In this document: positions 45,023 to 54,370 of the stretch, piece by piece
How the letters are laid out: each line of letters opens with the position of its first letter
Position numbering within the stretch: position 1 is the first letter of the stretch
Source: Candidatus Roizmanbacteria bacterium
GTDB taxonomy: Bacteria > Patescibacteriota > Microgenomatia > UBA1406
Assembly (NCBI GenBank): GCA_024654535.1
Contig: JANLHL010000016.1
Location: 32,626 to 96,625, forward strand
Direction of reading: 5' to 3'
Length of the DNA: 64,000 nt
Made by a program: the position numbers and the translations under genes
Notes under the pieces: generated by a model
The model's database searches: none
The model's input: only the letters and a program-made list of their open reading frames with translations
Told to the model about the DNA's origin: nothing

Positions 45023-47129
45023 GAAGTAGTACTAAGTAAAAGAGGAGTGAAGCTGCGACTGATTCTTTCCAAAATGGAGCACTATATATAAATGAAACTG
45101 TGTGTTTACCTTGTGGCATACGGACTGACATATATAGTAAGTCTGCTCTTTCAATTTTTACTTCTTTGTCGTCAATATATGCATGCCAGCCTGGATAGTT
45201 GAGGATCCGAACAAAAAAATAGCTTTCCGTAGTTGCATTAATAGAGTAGCGGAGTTTAGTATCCGTTTGGATAAGAGGCCTACTAGTGCCAGTCGCATTG
45301 CGAATAGAGGGCAGTGCGGTAGTGTCGTATACATACAGTTTTCTAAAATCGTACGAACTATTTTCTATCTGTTGCAGTAGCGTAACTTCATCCAAACTAG
45401 ATATATAGGATGTGTACAGTTTATACCGAGGGACTTGTTCCTGTATTATAGATATATATACGCCGTCTTTAACTTTTTGAGATGTTTTAGAAAGAGGTTT
45501 TGAAGAAATGATATGTGTACAGCCGAGGATCCCAAGTTTGGTTTTAATCGATTGTGGAAAAGTCATTGAGTTTTCATTATTCAAATAGAGCGAAATTTTG
45601 AGCGCCAAATCTTGGTATAGTTCTGGATTAAAATTTGAATATATAAATAAACCGCACGTATCTCCACCATATATAAGATTTGAATAAGGGTAGAGAGACG
45701 TGTGAAGGGCTATGTATTTGCTTGTTCCTGTGTAGCCTTTTGAGTGAAAAATATCATAATAATTTTTAGCAAAATTTAAAGAGTAGTAAGATGTATTTTT
45801 TTTTAATATGTTTGCTGTCATTGGTGCCGAAAGGAGTTTATCTTTTACTACAACAGGATGAAGTGGATAAAATATATAGAATGAAGTTATCAATTGAATA
45901 GCAATAATTGCAACAAATATATATATCTTTTTAGGAGCTTTATGAAATCTAAATCCATTCTTTACTACATATAAGATAATTATTATTAAGTAGAGCGATG
46001 TAAAGATCACAAATCTGCTATGTGCTCTAAAACCTGCGAGTAGTGGTAAGTAGCCAATAAAATTAATAATAGGATAATTTCCGAGCATCAGAACAGCAAA
46101 AACGAGAACAAGCACTTTGTATATGCTTGGCACTTTTTTAAAATTTTTCTTGATGTTTTTACTCATCATTAATAACAACAAAGGTGCATACCCGAGAAAG
46201 AGATTGGATTCCCATGTTGCTGACACTAATTTTTGAGAATTTCTAAATATTGAGCCGTCTTTAAGCGAACCAAATATATTTGGTTCGAGTAAAGTAAATA
46301 CATACCTTAAATCAAACATCCCAATTGAGAGAGTGTTTTGCCTTGTTGAATTCATATAAAATATAAATGACTGAACGAGTTGAGGTAGTGATACAAGCAC
46401 TGTCGCAGCTGTAAACAGTACATAAAAATACAGTTCATTTTGACGATTGTTACGTTTTGTTATAAATGAATGCAAGAAAATTGTAGTAATACTAATGCAC
46501 GTACCTACCGCAACAAAGAATTGCCCAAATAAATATTGTTGACCACACGTAAACCCTGCTAGCAATGCAAATCGTAAATCATAATTCAGTTTGCCGCGAT
46601 TATATAGATAGAGTACAACCGGAAGCAGAAAGATGGCTTGAAGAATATCTTGATGGGTTATTTTCAAGATCACTATACCACAGAAAGAATAAGAAATAGC
46701 AAGTATGTATGCTAAAAAACGATCATTATATAAAATCCTACCGAGTAGATAGAGGAATATACTCATACCTATAAAGCCACATAGATAGGTTACATTAAAA
46801 GCCATAACAGGGTCAAGAAATCGGTATAGTAGTATGTTAAAAATACTTAATGCACCGATTTGGCTTTCTGCAAGTAGTGGAAAGCCATTCGCTATCTGTT
46901 GTGTGATAAATGGAAGATGACCTGTCTTCAGCATACTGGACAGATAAAATTTTTGACTAAAATTCACATGGAACATATCCGAATTAAAAGAATCTGGTAT
47001 ATAAAACATCGATATGTGAGGTAAAAATAATCGTGCAAAAAACGCTACGAAGACGATAATGAGAGACGCAATAGCCAGTATATCCCACCCATACTTATGT
47101 AGAAAATGATATATACTGTTTTTATGCAT
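44979..47129 (-). CDS. YfhO-like GT-C membrane glycosyltransferase
   Basis: 716 aa; more than 12 TM plus a C-terminal beta-rich domain and terminal TM; N-terminal pattern ...LKTGHLPF...GFPLLAESQIGALSIFN resembles YfhO. Confidence 0.55.
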   Translation of the reverse strand: MHKNSIYHFLHKYGWDILAIASLIIVFVAFFARLFLPHISMFYIPDSFNSDMFHVNFSQKFYLSSMLKTGHLPFITQQIANGFPLLAESQIGALSIFNILLYRFLDPVMAFNVTYLCGFIGMSIFLYLLGRILYNDRFLAYILAISYSFCGIVILKITHQDILQAIFLLPVVLYLYNRGKLNYDLRFALLAGFTCGQQYLFGQFFVAVGTCISITTIFLHSFITKRNNRQNELYFYVLFTAATVLVSLPQLVQSFIFYMNSTRQNTLSIGMFDLRYVFTLLEPNIFGSLKDGSIFRNSQKLVSATWESNLFLGYAPLLLLMMSKNIKKNFKKVPSIYKVLVLVFAVLMLGNYPIINFIGYLPLLAGFRAHSRFVIFTSLYLIIIILYVVKNGFRFHKAPKKIYIFVAIIAIQLITSFYIFYPLHPVVVKDKLLSAPMTANILKKNTSYYSLNFAKNYYDIFHSKGYTGTSKYIALHTSLYPYSNLIYGGDTCGLFIYSNFNPELYQDLALKISLYLNNENSMTFPQSIKTKLGILGCTHIISSKPLSKTSQKVKDGVYISIIQEQVPRYKLYTSYISSLDEVTLLQQIENSSYDFRKLYVYDTTALPSIRNATGTSRPLIQTDTKLRYSINATTESYFFVRILNYPGWHAYIDDKEVKIERADLLYMSVRMPQGKHTVSFIYSAPFWKESVAASLLFYLVLLLTLIFHKSNPSKSI

Positions 47130-47849
47130 AGTTGGATTATAGCAGTTTGGTTTCTATTTTTAGGGTTGGGCGTAGGGTCTTTTTTGAATGTTGTCATAGA
47201 TAGAGCACAATCTAATAGAGGTTTGGGAGGTAGATCTGCCTGCGACTTTTGCCACAAGACTTTACTTTGGTTTGATCTTATTCCTGTGCTTTCGTATGTA
47301 TTTTTAGGTGGAAAATGTCGTTTTTGTAGCAAAAGACTGTCATTACAATATCCATTGGTTGAAGCCCTTACTGGTTTACTCTATGTATTGGTTTTTCTTT
47401 TCTTTTGGCAGGCACAACCATTGTATTTTATCTCTATGCTTTGCATAGTCACCTTATCTGTTGTAATTGCTATTACCGATATGAAATATCAAATAATTCC
47501 TGATTGGGCTGTTGTTCTGTTATTTCTGATTGGCATATCAATCAATATAGATAGAATTTTTTACTACTTTGCTGGTTCATTAATTGGTGTTTTTTTCCTT
47601 TGGATTATTTATCATTTAAGCCAAGGAAAAGCAATGGGCTATGGTGACGTTAAATTGATAGCTGCTCAAGGAATGATACTTTCTCTGCCTTTTTTGTTTA
47701 TATCGTTATATATTTCGTTTCTCTTGGGTGGCCTATATTCAGTACCCTTACTTGCTATGCGTAAAAAGAAAATGACGTCCCAGATACCTTTTGGTCCTTT
47801 TCTCGTTATTGGTTTCCTTATAAGTACATTTGTAAGCTATGGGTGGTAA
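47106..47849 (+). CDS. pilD: Prepilin peptidase / N-methyltransferase PilD (A24 family)
   Basis: CDFC...CRFC zinc motif, catalytic GYGDVKL; about 7 TM. Confidence 0.85.
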   Translation: MIYTVFMHSWIIAVWFLFLGLGVGSFLNVVIDRAQSNRGLGGRSACDFCHKTLLWFDLIPVLSYVFLGGKCRFCSKRLSLQYPLVEALTGLLYVLVFLFFWQAQPLYFISMLCIVTLSVVIAITDMKYQIIPDWAVVLLFLIGISINIDRIFYYFAGSLIGVFFLWIIYHLSQGKAMGYGDVKLIAAQGMILSLPFLFISLYISFLLGGLYSVPLLAMRKKKMTSQIPFGPFLVIGFLISTFVSYGW

Positions 47850-48522
47850 AAGTAGAATTGCAGGATTTACGTTGATAGAAGTTTTTATAACATTTACTAT
47901 TCTCATAGTGTTATTAACACTTATGAACTATACGGATATACTGACGTATATTCAAAGGAGTCATGATAGTGTATCTAAGGCAGATTTGAACAAAGCGAGA
48001 AGTATTTTTGAATCTTTTCAAAAGGATCATGGTCGGTATCCAACGGTTGCTGAGGTTACGTATGATATTCAAAACGATACATCGCTTGCAGGGAAGATGT
48101 GTGGAAAACGTTATACAGACGATATATTAAAAGAATATAGTAGTGAGCTTCCGTGTAATTCACAATCGCCTGCAGTTGATTATGTTTACTTTACCTATAA
48201 TAACAACCAAGACTTTGTACTATTTACACTGCTTGAGCGACCTGACGATCAAGCCATTCAGGCTAGCGGATGTAGTGGTGGCTGTAGTTATTTTACTAAT
48301 AGTGATAACCCTACCGATAGTTTGTCTACAAACTATTTTAATTATGCAGTATACAGTTCCTTGGATTATTTAAATTGTGCATTAGACAATCAATGGTACT
48401 GTCAGTCGGTCGGCGGTACTAATCTATGTAACACCTGTTCTGGAAGGACGTCTGGACCATGTTTTGATCCCGTTGTCAGAAAGTATTGCCGCCCAAGTTG
48501 GTGTGAAGTACAATGTAATTAA
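47839..48522 (+). CDS. Pilin-like protein with a 12-Cys C-terminal domain
   Basis: Prepilin motif IAGFTLIEVFITF; 12 cysteines, eight within the last 60 aa. Confidence 0.7.
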   Translation: MGGKSRIAGFTLIEVFITFTILIVLLTLMNYTDILTYIQRSHDSVSKADLNKARSIFESFQKDHGRYPTVAEVTYDIQNDTSLAGKMCGKRYTDDILKEYSSELPCNSQSPAVDYVYFTYNNNQDFVLFTLLERPDDQAIQASGCSGGCSYFTNSDNPTDSLSTNYFNYAVYSSLDYLNCALDNQWYCQSVGGTNLCNTCSGRTSGPCFDPVVRKYCRPSWCEVQCN

Positions 48523-48996
48523 ATGATAAGAAATAAAGGTTTTACACTAATGGAACTGCTTATAGTTATAACGCTATTGGGCATATTATCTGGGCTTATA
48601 TTCAGCATGCTTAGAAATGCATCTCCAGCTGCAAGAGACATCAAGAGAAAGCAAGATGTTGAGGCGGTAAAAAAATCGTTAGAGATTTACTATTCTGACG
48701 TTGAAGCGTACCCTACGGTGACATCTGCAATGGGTATGCTTTGGGGTGGAAATATTAGTCACCCAACTGCAGCGAAGACGTATATGCAAGTATTACCACG
48801 CGATCCTGTAAGTGCGATGAACTATTTTTATTTCGTTTCTGCTGATAAACAATCGTATAAGTTGTACACTTGTTTAGAGAATACATCAGATAGTGCCTAT
48901 TCAGCAAGTATTGGGACTGTTGAAGGAGCAAATTGTGGAGTTGGGTGTTCAGGAATTTGCAATTATGGAATATCAAGTGAAAACACAACACCGTAA
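48523..48996 (+). CDS. Type IV pilin-like protein
   Basis: NKGFTLMELLIVITLLGIL prepilin motif. Confidence 0.8.
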   Translation: MIRNKGFTLMELLIVITLLGILSGLIFSMLRNASPAARDIKRKQDVEAVKKSLEIYYSDVEAYPTVTSAMGMLWGGNISHPTAAKTYMQVLPRDPVSAMNYFYFVSADKQSYKLYTCLENTSDSAYSASIGTVEGANCGVGCSGICNYGISSENTTP

Positions 48997-49462
48997 AAAA
49001 GGTCTTACATTAATAGAGCTTTTAATTGTAGTATCTATATTGTCTATTTTAATTGGGCTTTTACTACCTAATTTAAATGATGTGCGAAAGCAAGCAAGAG
49101 ATAAGAGAAGAAAGGCAGATATTGCAGCAATCCGTCAAGCATTGGAGTTGTATAAAATGGATCAAAACCCACCTGCATATCCAACAACAACTTCACCTAA
49201 CCCAGAAAAGATTTTAATTACTCCAGGTAACTCTTGGACAGTGAACTCAGTCACCTATATGAATAAATTTCCAACTGACCCATTGAATACATCGGCGCCT
49301 GATCCATACAGTTACTACTACACGTATGTAAATCAAAATAGTTACTATATAGGAGCTTGTCTTGAAAATCCTGCAGATTCCGACAGAAGGGTAGCTCCAT
49401 TAGGTGTTTCGTGGAGCAGTACAGAATGCACTGGTAATTGGTATTATTTAACGCAACCATAA
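48965..49462 (+). CDS. Type IV pilin-like protein
   Basis: ATG 48965 gives MEYQVKTQHRKKGLTLIELLIVVSIL; the ORF-track 5' extension lies inside the previous gene. Confidence 0.75.
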   Translation: MEYQVKTQHRKKGLTLIELLIVVSILSILIGLLLPNLNDVRKQARDKRRKADIAAIRQALELYKMDQNPPAYPTTTSPNPEKILITPGNSWTVNSVTYMNKFPTDPLNTSAPDPYSYYYTYVNQNSYYIGACLENPADSDRRVAPLGVSWSSTECTGNWYYLTQP

Positions 49463-49469
49463 AATAATC

Positions 49470-49868
49470 ATGCACTTTAAAACAGCACTCGTGAATAAAA
49501 AAGGATTTACATTACTCGAATTGCTTGTTGTAATGTCTGTTATAGGCATTCTCTTGGGGATAAGCACTATAAGTTACGCTACGGCTCAAGTGCGTGCGAG
49601 AGATGCTCGAAGAAAAGGTGATTTAAAGTATTTGCAAGATGCAGCAGAGCAGTATTTTAGCGTGTGTGGCTTTACCTATCCGTATACGACAGGTACTATT
49701 CCAACTGCTGTTTTTTGTACGGATCCTTCTGTAGCTGTCGCTCCAACTGTTCCAATGGACCCTAATGCGACAGGATATATATGTACAACCTGTTCAAGCT
49801 CTGCCTATAGGATTTGTGTTACACTGGAGCAAGGTGCATCAAGTTACTGTGTACAAAGTCAACAATGA
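49470..49868 (+). CDS. Type IV pilin-like protein
   Basis: KKGFTLLELLVVMSVIGIL prepilin motif. Confidence 0.8.
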   Translation: MHFKTALVNKKGFTLLELLVVMSVIGILLGISTISYATAQVRARDARRKGDLKYLQDAAEQYFSVCGFTYPYTTGTIPTAVFCTDPSVAVAPTVPMDPNATGYICTTCSSSAYRICVTLEQGASSYCVQSQQ

Positions 49869-50299
49869 AAAAAGGTTTTACATTACTCGAATTATTGGTT
49901 GCGGTTGGTATAATTTCGCTGTTATTTGCACTCGGTGTTAATAGTTATTCTACCCTAACAAAACAATCTCGTGACGCAAAGCGTGTGTCAGATATACAGA
50001 ATATACGATCCGCATTGGAGCTTTATAGAACAAGAAATGATACTTATCCAACTGATTACAACAGTCTTTTAACAGGATATATTAATAGATGGCCTACTGA
50101 TCCTCTAAATTGGTCATATAGGTATATACCAATTACCAGTGCTGTTGTAGCGGGAAGTGTCGTTGATTATAAAATATGCGGAAAAAAAGAGCTCAATTCC
50201 ACTCCTGTGGTCACCGACTCCGAGTGTTATGTTAATTGTCTGCCTGCCGCAAGCCCAACGGCATACTGTTCCTATCAATTATCCCCACTTGGAGAGTGA
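49865..50299 (+). CDS. Type IV pilin-like protein
   Basis: MKKGFTLLELLVAVGIISLL; ATGA overlap with the previous pilin. Confidence 0.8.
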   Translation: MKKGFTLLELLVAVGIISLLFALGVNSYSTLTKQSRDAKRVSDIQNIRSALELYRTRNDTYPTDYNSLLTGYINRWPTDPLNWSYRYIPITSAVVAGSVVDYKICGKKELNSTPVVTDSECYVNCLPAASPTAYCSYQLSPLGE

Positions 50300-50793
50300 A
50301 AAAAGGATTTACGCTTATTGAGCTTATTATAGTTATAAGCATCATACTAATGAGTGGTTTTGGATTTGCAAACTATGTGGCTTATCAAGAGAGACTTCGA
50401 TTATCAACTGGTGCAGGGCACATTGTAGATCTGCTGCAACAAGCACGGTCGCAGGCAGTAAATGTAGAATTACCGGTCGGATGCGCGTACGATCAATACG
50501 TAGGATCAGGAATTGAAGTGAGTAGTGCAAACAGTATAAATATAATAATCCTATGCCCCCCGCTATCACAGACTATTAGAACTGAATCGTTAACCGCATT
50601 TCCTCATGTTTCTTTTGACACTTCTTCAGTCGGTACAGTCATTTACTTTGATAAATTTTATGGCAAAGCCCATATTACAGGTTCTTCTCTTTGTCTTAAG
50701 TCAAGCGCCTTCACATCAAATAATTATGCGGCTATTCATATCACAGATTCATGGGCTTTATCATTGAACGAAAATATTTCAGCATGTCCATAG
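50296..50793 (+). CDS. Minor pilin-like protein
   Basis: GTG start 50296 gives (M)KKGFTLIELIIVISI; GTGA overlap with the previous stop. Confidence 0.7.
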   Translation: MKKGFTLIELIIVISIILMSGFGFANYVAYQERLRLSTGAGHIVDLLQQARSQAVNVELPVGCAYDQYVGSGIEVSSANSINIIILCPPLSQTIRTESLTAFPHVSFDTSSVGTVIYFDKFYGKAHITGSSLCLKSSAFTSNNYAAIHITDSWALSLNENISACP

Positions 50794-50798
50794 TAGAT

Positions 50799-51257
50799 AT
50801 GAAACACACAAATAAGGGTTTTACAATCATAGAAATAATAGTGTTTGTTGCTGTATTTTCATTTTCTATTGTATATATTTTGTCTGCGGTGATATATACC
50901 ACAAACAGTATGAAGCAATCACAGATGATGACTGTAGCGAATCATGAAAATGGCGAGCTTATTGAGTGGTTGCTTTATAGAAAAAATGTTTTGGCGTATA
51001 ACAATTTTGTATTAGAAATTTGGCCAGCAGGCGATACACAAAATGCGAAAACGTATTGTTTTAATGATGTGTTGGATGAGTCTGCAGTATGGCCTGGTAG
51101 CGAAGGTGCGTGCAGTGGATTTGACCTTAATAGTCTATTTAAAAGGGAAGCTGTATTTACTATGTCAGATACAATAGTTATAAATATCGTGTCTTCATGG
51201 CTAGTATCGTCGACTACGAGTTCTTCTAGTGCACAAATATATATTGCAGATTACTAA
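50799..51257 (+). CDS. Minor pilin-like protein
   Basis: MKHTNKGFTIIEIIVFVAV; alternative ATG at 50784. Confidence 0.7.
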   Translation: MKHTNKGFTIIEIIVFVAVFSFSIVYILSAVIYTTNSMKQSQMMTVANHENGELIEWLLYRKNVLAYNNFVLEIWPAGDTQNAKTYCFNDVLDESAVWPGSEGACSGFDLNSLFKREAVFTMSDTIVINIVSSWLVSSTTSSSSAQIYIADY

Positions 51258-51261
51258 TGAA

Positions 51262-51810
51262 ATGAAAAAAGGTTTTACAATTATTGAGCTCGTTGTCTCA
51301 ATGGGCATTTTTGCAATGCTTGTGCCACTTTTATTCCTTGTGTTTTTTTCGACAATTACTCTATATACGCAAAATAGCGCGCTGCAAAAAGTAAAAAATC
51401 AGGGTGATTACATGCGTACTACTATAATTAACAAAATAAGAAATACCGCAACTGGGATTATCCCTGATTGTCAGTTAACAATATCTGAGATGGGAGGTTC
51501 GCCCTGTTTTCAATCAACCATTGATAAGATTTATTTTGGCTATAAGACAGATTCGAGTGGAAATATTTACTATTATGAGAATAATAACTATCCGACGGTT
51601 ACAAGCGCAACAAACATATCACTGTTACTAGATGCAGCAACTAACACTGATTTCCCATTACGGTCACGAAATGTTGGAAACTTAATAACGCATGTTACTC
51701 CCAATAATAGAACAGTAATATTGAGTTACATAATAGACTTTGTACCGAAGACAAAGATTTCTGTAGCTCAAAGTCTATCTTATACTTTTTACGTTACACT
51801 TCGACAATAA
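51262..51810 (+). CDS. Minor pilin-like protein
   Basis: MKKGFTIIELVVSMGIFAML from ATG 51262. Confidence 0.7.
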   Translation: MKKGFTIIELVVSMGIFAMLVPLLFLVFFSTITLYTQNSALQKVKNQGDYMRTTIINKIRNTATGIIPDCQLTISEMGGSPCFQSTIDKIYFGYKTDSSGNIYYYENNNYPTVTSATNISLLLDAATNTDFPLRSRNVGNLITHVTPNNRTVILSYIIDFVPKTKISVAQSLSYTFYVTLRQ

Positions 51811-51835
51811 TTTAATTTTATGTATACTCTTTAGT

Positions 51836-52867
51836 ATGAGCAAAGTGTTGGGTGTTAGTATATACGAAAATAATATCGTATTTATGCGTTTGTCGAATGA
51901 TACCAAGCCGTATACGATCGATAAGATAGTGCACTTCGACAATAAAATACCTCATTTTTTTGAACAAATTACAAAAGCTAAATCGAAAGAAACTACTCAG
52001 GCCGTTAATATTATTCGTGACACTCTTAAAAAAGAAGGTATGAGTGAGCTCGAAGCTCACATCGTATTGCCAGATCATACGTCTTCAACTCAAATTTTGA
52101 GCCTTCCACTCATTACAGAGAAAGAGATTGTTTCGGCTATAGAATTACAGGCAGATGAATTTATTCCATATCCAATAGAGAAGGCAACATACGACTATCA
52201 GGTTTTATCTGTCGATAAAGAAAAGGGCAGTATGTCTGTATTGGTTGCAGTTATGCTTAAAGAGTTGGTGAATAGTATTGAAGGATTTATTCTAGACATT
52301 GGGCTGTATCCTCTGAGTGTTGAGCCAGTAACGACATCTTTTTATAGACTCTTATTTGGCAAGTATATGAAAGACAATGAAAACATAGTTTTGTTTTTAA
52401 ATATAGATAATCGATCTACTCAAGCTTCAATAATTAACCTTTCGCAACAACTCTTGCTTATGACCTATAGCTTTAGTATTGGTAATGATTTTTTTCTCAG
52501 AGGTATACAAAGTTACCAAAATATTAGTGAAAAAGATGCTTCTGATCATTTCATGAAAATTTCTGAAGATACAAGTATTCAGCCTATTTCCGCATCATTG
52601 TTTGCAGAATTTAACAAAGAAATACGAAAGATATTTTTAAGCTCTACGGAAAAAATAGGGACGACGCCTAAGCACATTATTCTCTACAGTCAGTATTTAA
52701 ATGCGTTTCAATGGCTTTTCACGAACGATAATGCTTCTATCCTACCAAAAACAACTCTCATAGATTTTGAAGACTTGAAAAAGTCTGGGGTAGTAAAGCT
52801 TGATTCTGCAATAAAATCAGAAGAAATGCTCTTATATTTTCCAGCTTTTACGACATGTCTGCAATAA
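51836..52867 (+). CDS. pilM: Type IV pilus assembly protein PilM (actin-like ATPase fold)
   Basis: 343 aa cytoplasmic protein directly upstream of two single-TM proteins; call mainly by size and gene order. Confidence 0.6.
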   Translation: MSKVLGVSIYENNIVFMRLSNDTKPYTIDKIVHFDNKIPHFFEQITKAKSKETTQAVNIIRDTLKKEGMSELEAHIVLPDHTSSTQILSLPLITEKEIVSAIELQADEFIPYPIEKATYDYQVLSVDKEKGSMSVLVAVMLKELVNSIEGFILDIGLYPLSVEPVTTSFYRLLFGKYMKDNENIVLFLNIDNRSTQASIINLSQQLLLMTYSFSIGNDFFLRGIQSYQNISEKDASDHFMKISEDTSIQPISASLFAEFNKEIRKIFLSSTEKIGTTPKHIILYSQYLNAFQWLFTNDNASILPKTTLIDFEDLKKSGVVKLDSAIKSEEMLLYFPAFTTCLQ

Positions 52868-53439
52868 CAATTAACCTCATTCATAATAGTGAACGATATA
52901 AGAAGGTTGCAAAGTATACCTATAGAACAAAAATTATTTCCTACTTTGTGCTGTTTGTATTACTTATTGCTAACTTCGCACTTTTTATTGGGAAAACGTC
53001 AATACTAAAGAAAGTTGAAGAATTGAATATTCAGTATCAAACTTTTTTAACAGCGAACAGCAAATTGACGACTTCTACTGCTAAAGTGGCATATTCATAT
53101 ACTAAATTACAAAAAATAAAAGAGGTCGTTGCAAACAGCCCGCAATATTACCAACAGTATGAGTATCTTTTAAGTACTGTACTTTCAGACGCTGATGTAC
53201 AAGTCGAAGATCTCTCATTTGATGGTAAAAATGGAAGCACTCTGCGTATTTCAAGCATAAGTGTTGATGAAATATTATTAGTTTTGGAACGTATAGAAAA
53301 CGAAGTTGGAAAAAAGACATTTTCTGAATTGTCACTATCCTCTTTCCAAATGATCGATAAAAAAGACGAGCTTCCAAAAATGTACACTGCCTCATTTACA
53401 TTTCATTTTACAAATATCTTCAATGAAAATACAAATTGA
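52855..53439 (+). CDS. pilN: PilN-like pilus alignment protein
   Basis: 194 aa; one TM (IISYFVLFVLLIANFALFIG) then coiled-coil; overlaps pilM and pilO ends. Confidence 0.5.
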   Translation: MSAITINLIHNSERYKKVAKYTYRTKIISYFVLFVLLIANFALFIGKTSILKKVEELNIQYQTFLTANSKLTTSTAKVAYSYTKLQKIKEVVANSPQYYQQYEYLLSTVLSDADVQVEDLSFDGKNGSTLRISSISVDEILLVLERIENEVGKKTFSELSLSSFQMIDKKDELPKMYTASFTFHFTNIFNENTN

Positions 53440-54115
53440 TACATTTATAGTAAAAACTCTTACTAAGAAATTGGGGCTATTCCTTGCTATAGTGATAATT
53501 GTAAGCACTATAAGTATAGCCTATGCAATCAGTTCCAGTACCGTGTTGTATCAAAGTTATATTTCACAAAAAGAGAAATCTCAACAGATTAGTGATTTAA
53601 AACAAAAAATACAAAGTTTAAGTCCAAATACCGTACAGACTCTACAAGATAGTAAGGATTTTGTTGAGACATTTCTGCCTGCTAAATTTGACTTGTTTTC
53701 TACAGTTGGCTTTATTGACGCTATTGGTAGGAGAAGTGGATTTAAGGTTGGAAGCCTCAATATATCAGAAGATAATTTGAATAAAGATACATTAAGTACT
53801 AAAAGCGTGACACTAACGGCAGATATGACTTTTGATGAGTTCTTTGATTTCTTAAAGCAGTATAAATATAGTTCGAGTAGGATACTCGATGTGGGCGCTA
53901 TTAGCGTAAAGGCGCTAAAGAATCAGAATATTAATTTAACAGCGACGATTTATACTTACGATCCTACCGTAGATCTAGAACATTTGCATATCAGCGATTT
54001 GGATGCATCAGATAGAAAGGCTTTGGAATCTATGAAAGAATATGCGTCTACTCAGAAACAATCCGAAGCATCAATATCTGATTCCTACACTAACAGAGAA
54101 GACCCTTTCCAATAA
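53423..54115 (+). CDS. pilO: PilO-like pilus alignment protein
   Basis: 230 aa; one TM then coiled-coil and an alpha/beta domain; position after pilN. Confidence 0.45.
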   Translation: MKIQIDTFIVKTLTKKLGLFLAIVIIVSTISIAYAISSSTVLYQSYISQKEKSQQISDLKQKIQSLSPNTVQTLQDSKDFVETFLPAKFDLFSTVGFIDAIGRRSGFKVGSLNISEDNLNKDTLSTKSVTLTADMTFDEFFDFLKQYKYSSSRILDVGAISVKALKNQNINLTATIYTYDPTVDLEHLHISDLDASDRKALESMKEYASTQKQSEASISDSYTNREDPFQ

Positions 54116-54116
54116 T

Positions 54117-54350
54117 TTATTTGTGGGCAAGAAGTTTGCGTGCACCTTCAGACAACTGGGCACCCTTTTGAATCCAGGATTTAATTTTAACACTGTCTAT
54201 GGTTACTGTATGTGGTTCCGTAAGAGGATCATAAAATCCAACTTGTTCAATATATCTACCGTCTCTTTTTTTTCGTTCATCAATTACAATGATGCGATAT
54301 TTTGGCGAGTGTTTTTTTCCAACTCTCATCAATCTAATTTTTACTGACAT
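54117..54350 (-). CDS. rpsP: 30S ribosomal protein S16
   Basis: MSVKIRLMRVGKKHSPKYRIIVIDERKKRDGRYIEQVGFYDP. Confidence 0.95.
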   Translation of the reverse strand: MSVKIRLMRVGKKHSPKYRIIVIDERKKRDGRYIEQVGFYDPLTEPHTVTIDSVKIKSWIQKGAQLSEGARKLLAHK

Positions 54351-54370
54351 TTGTATATGTTATCATACTT

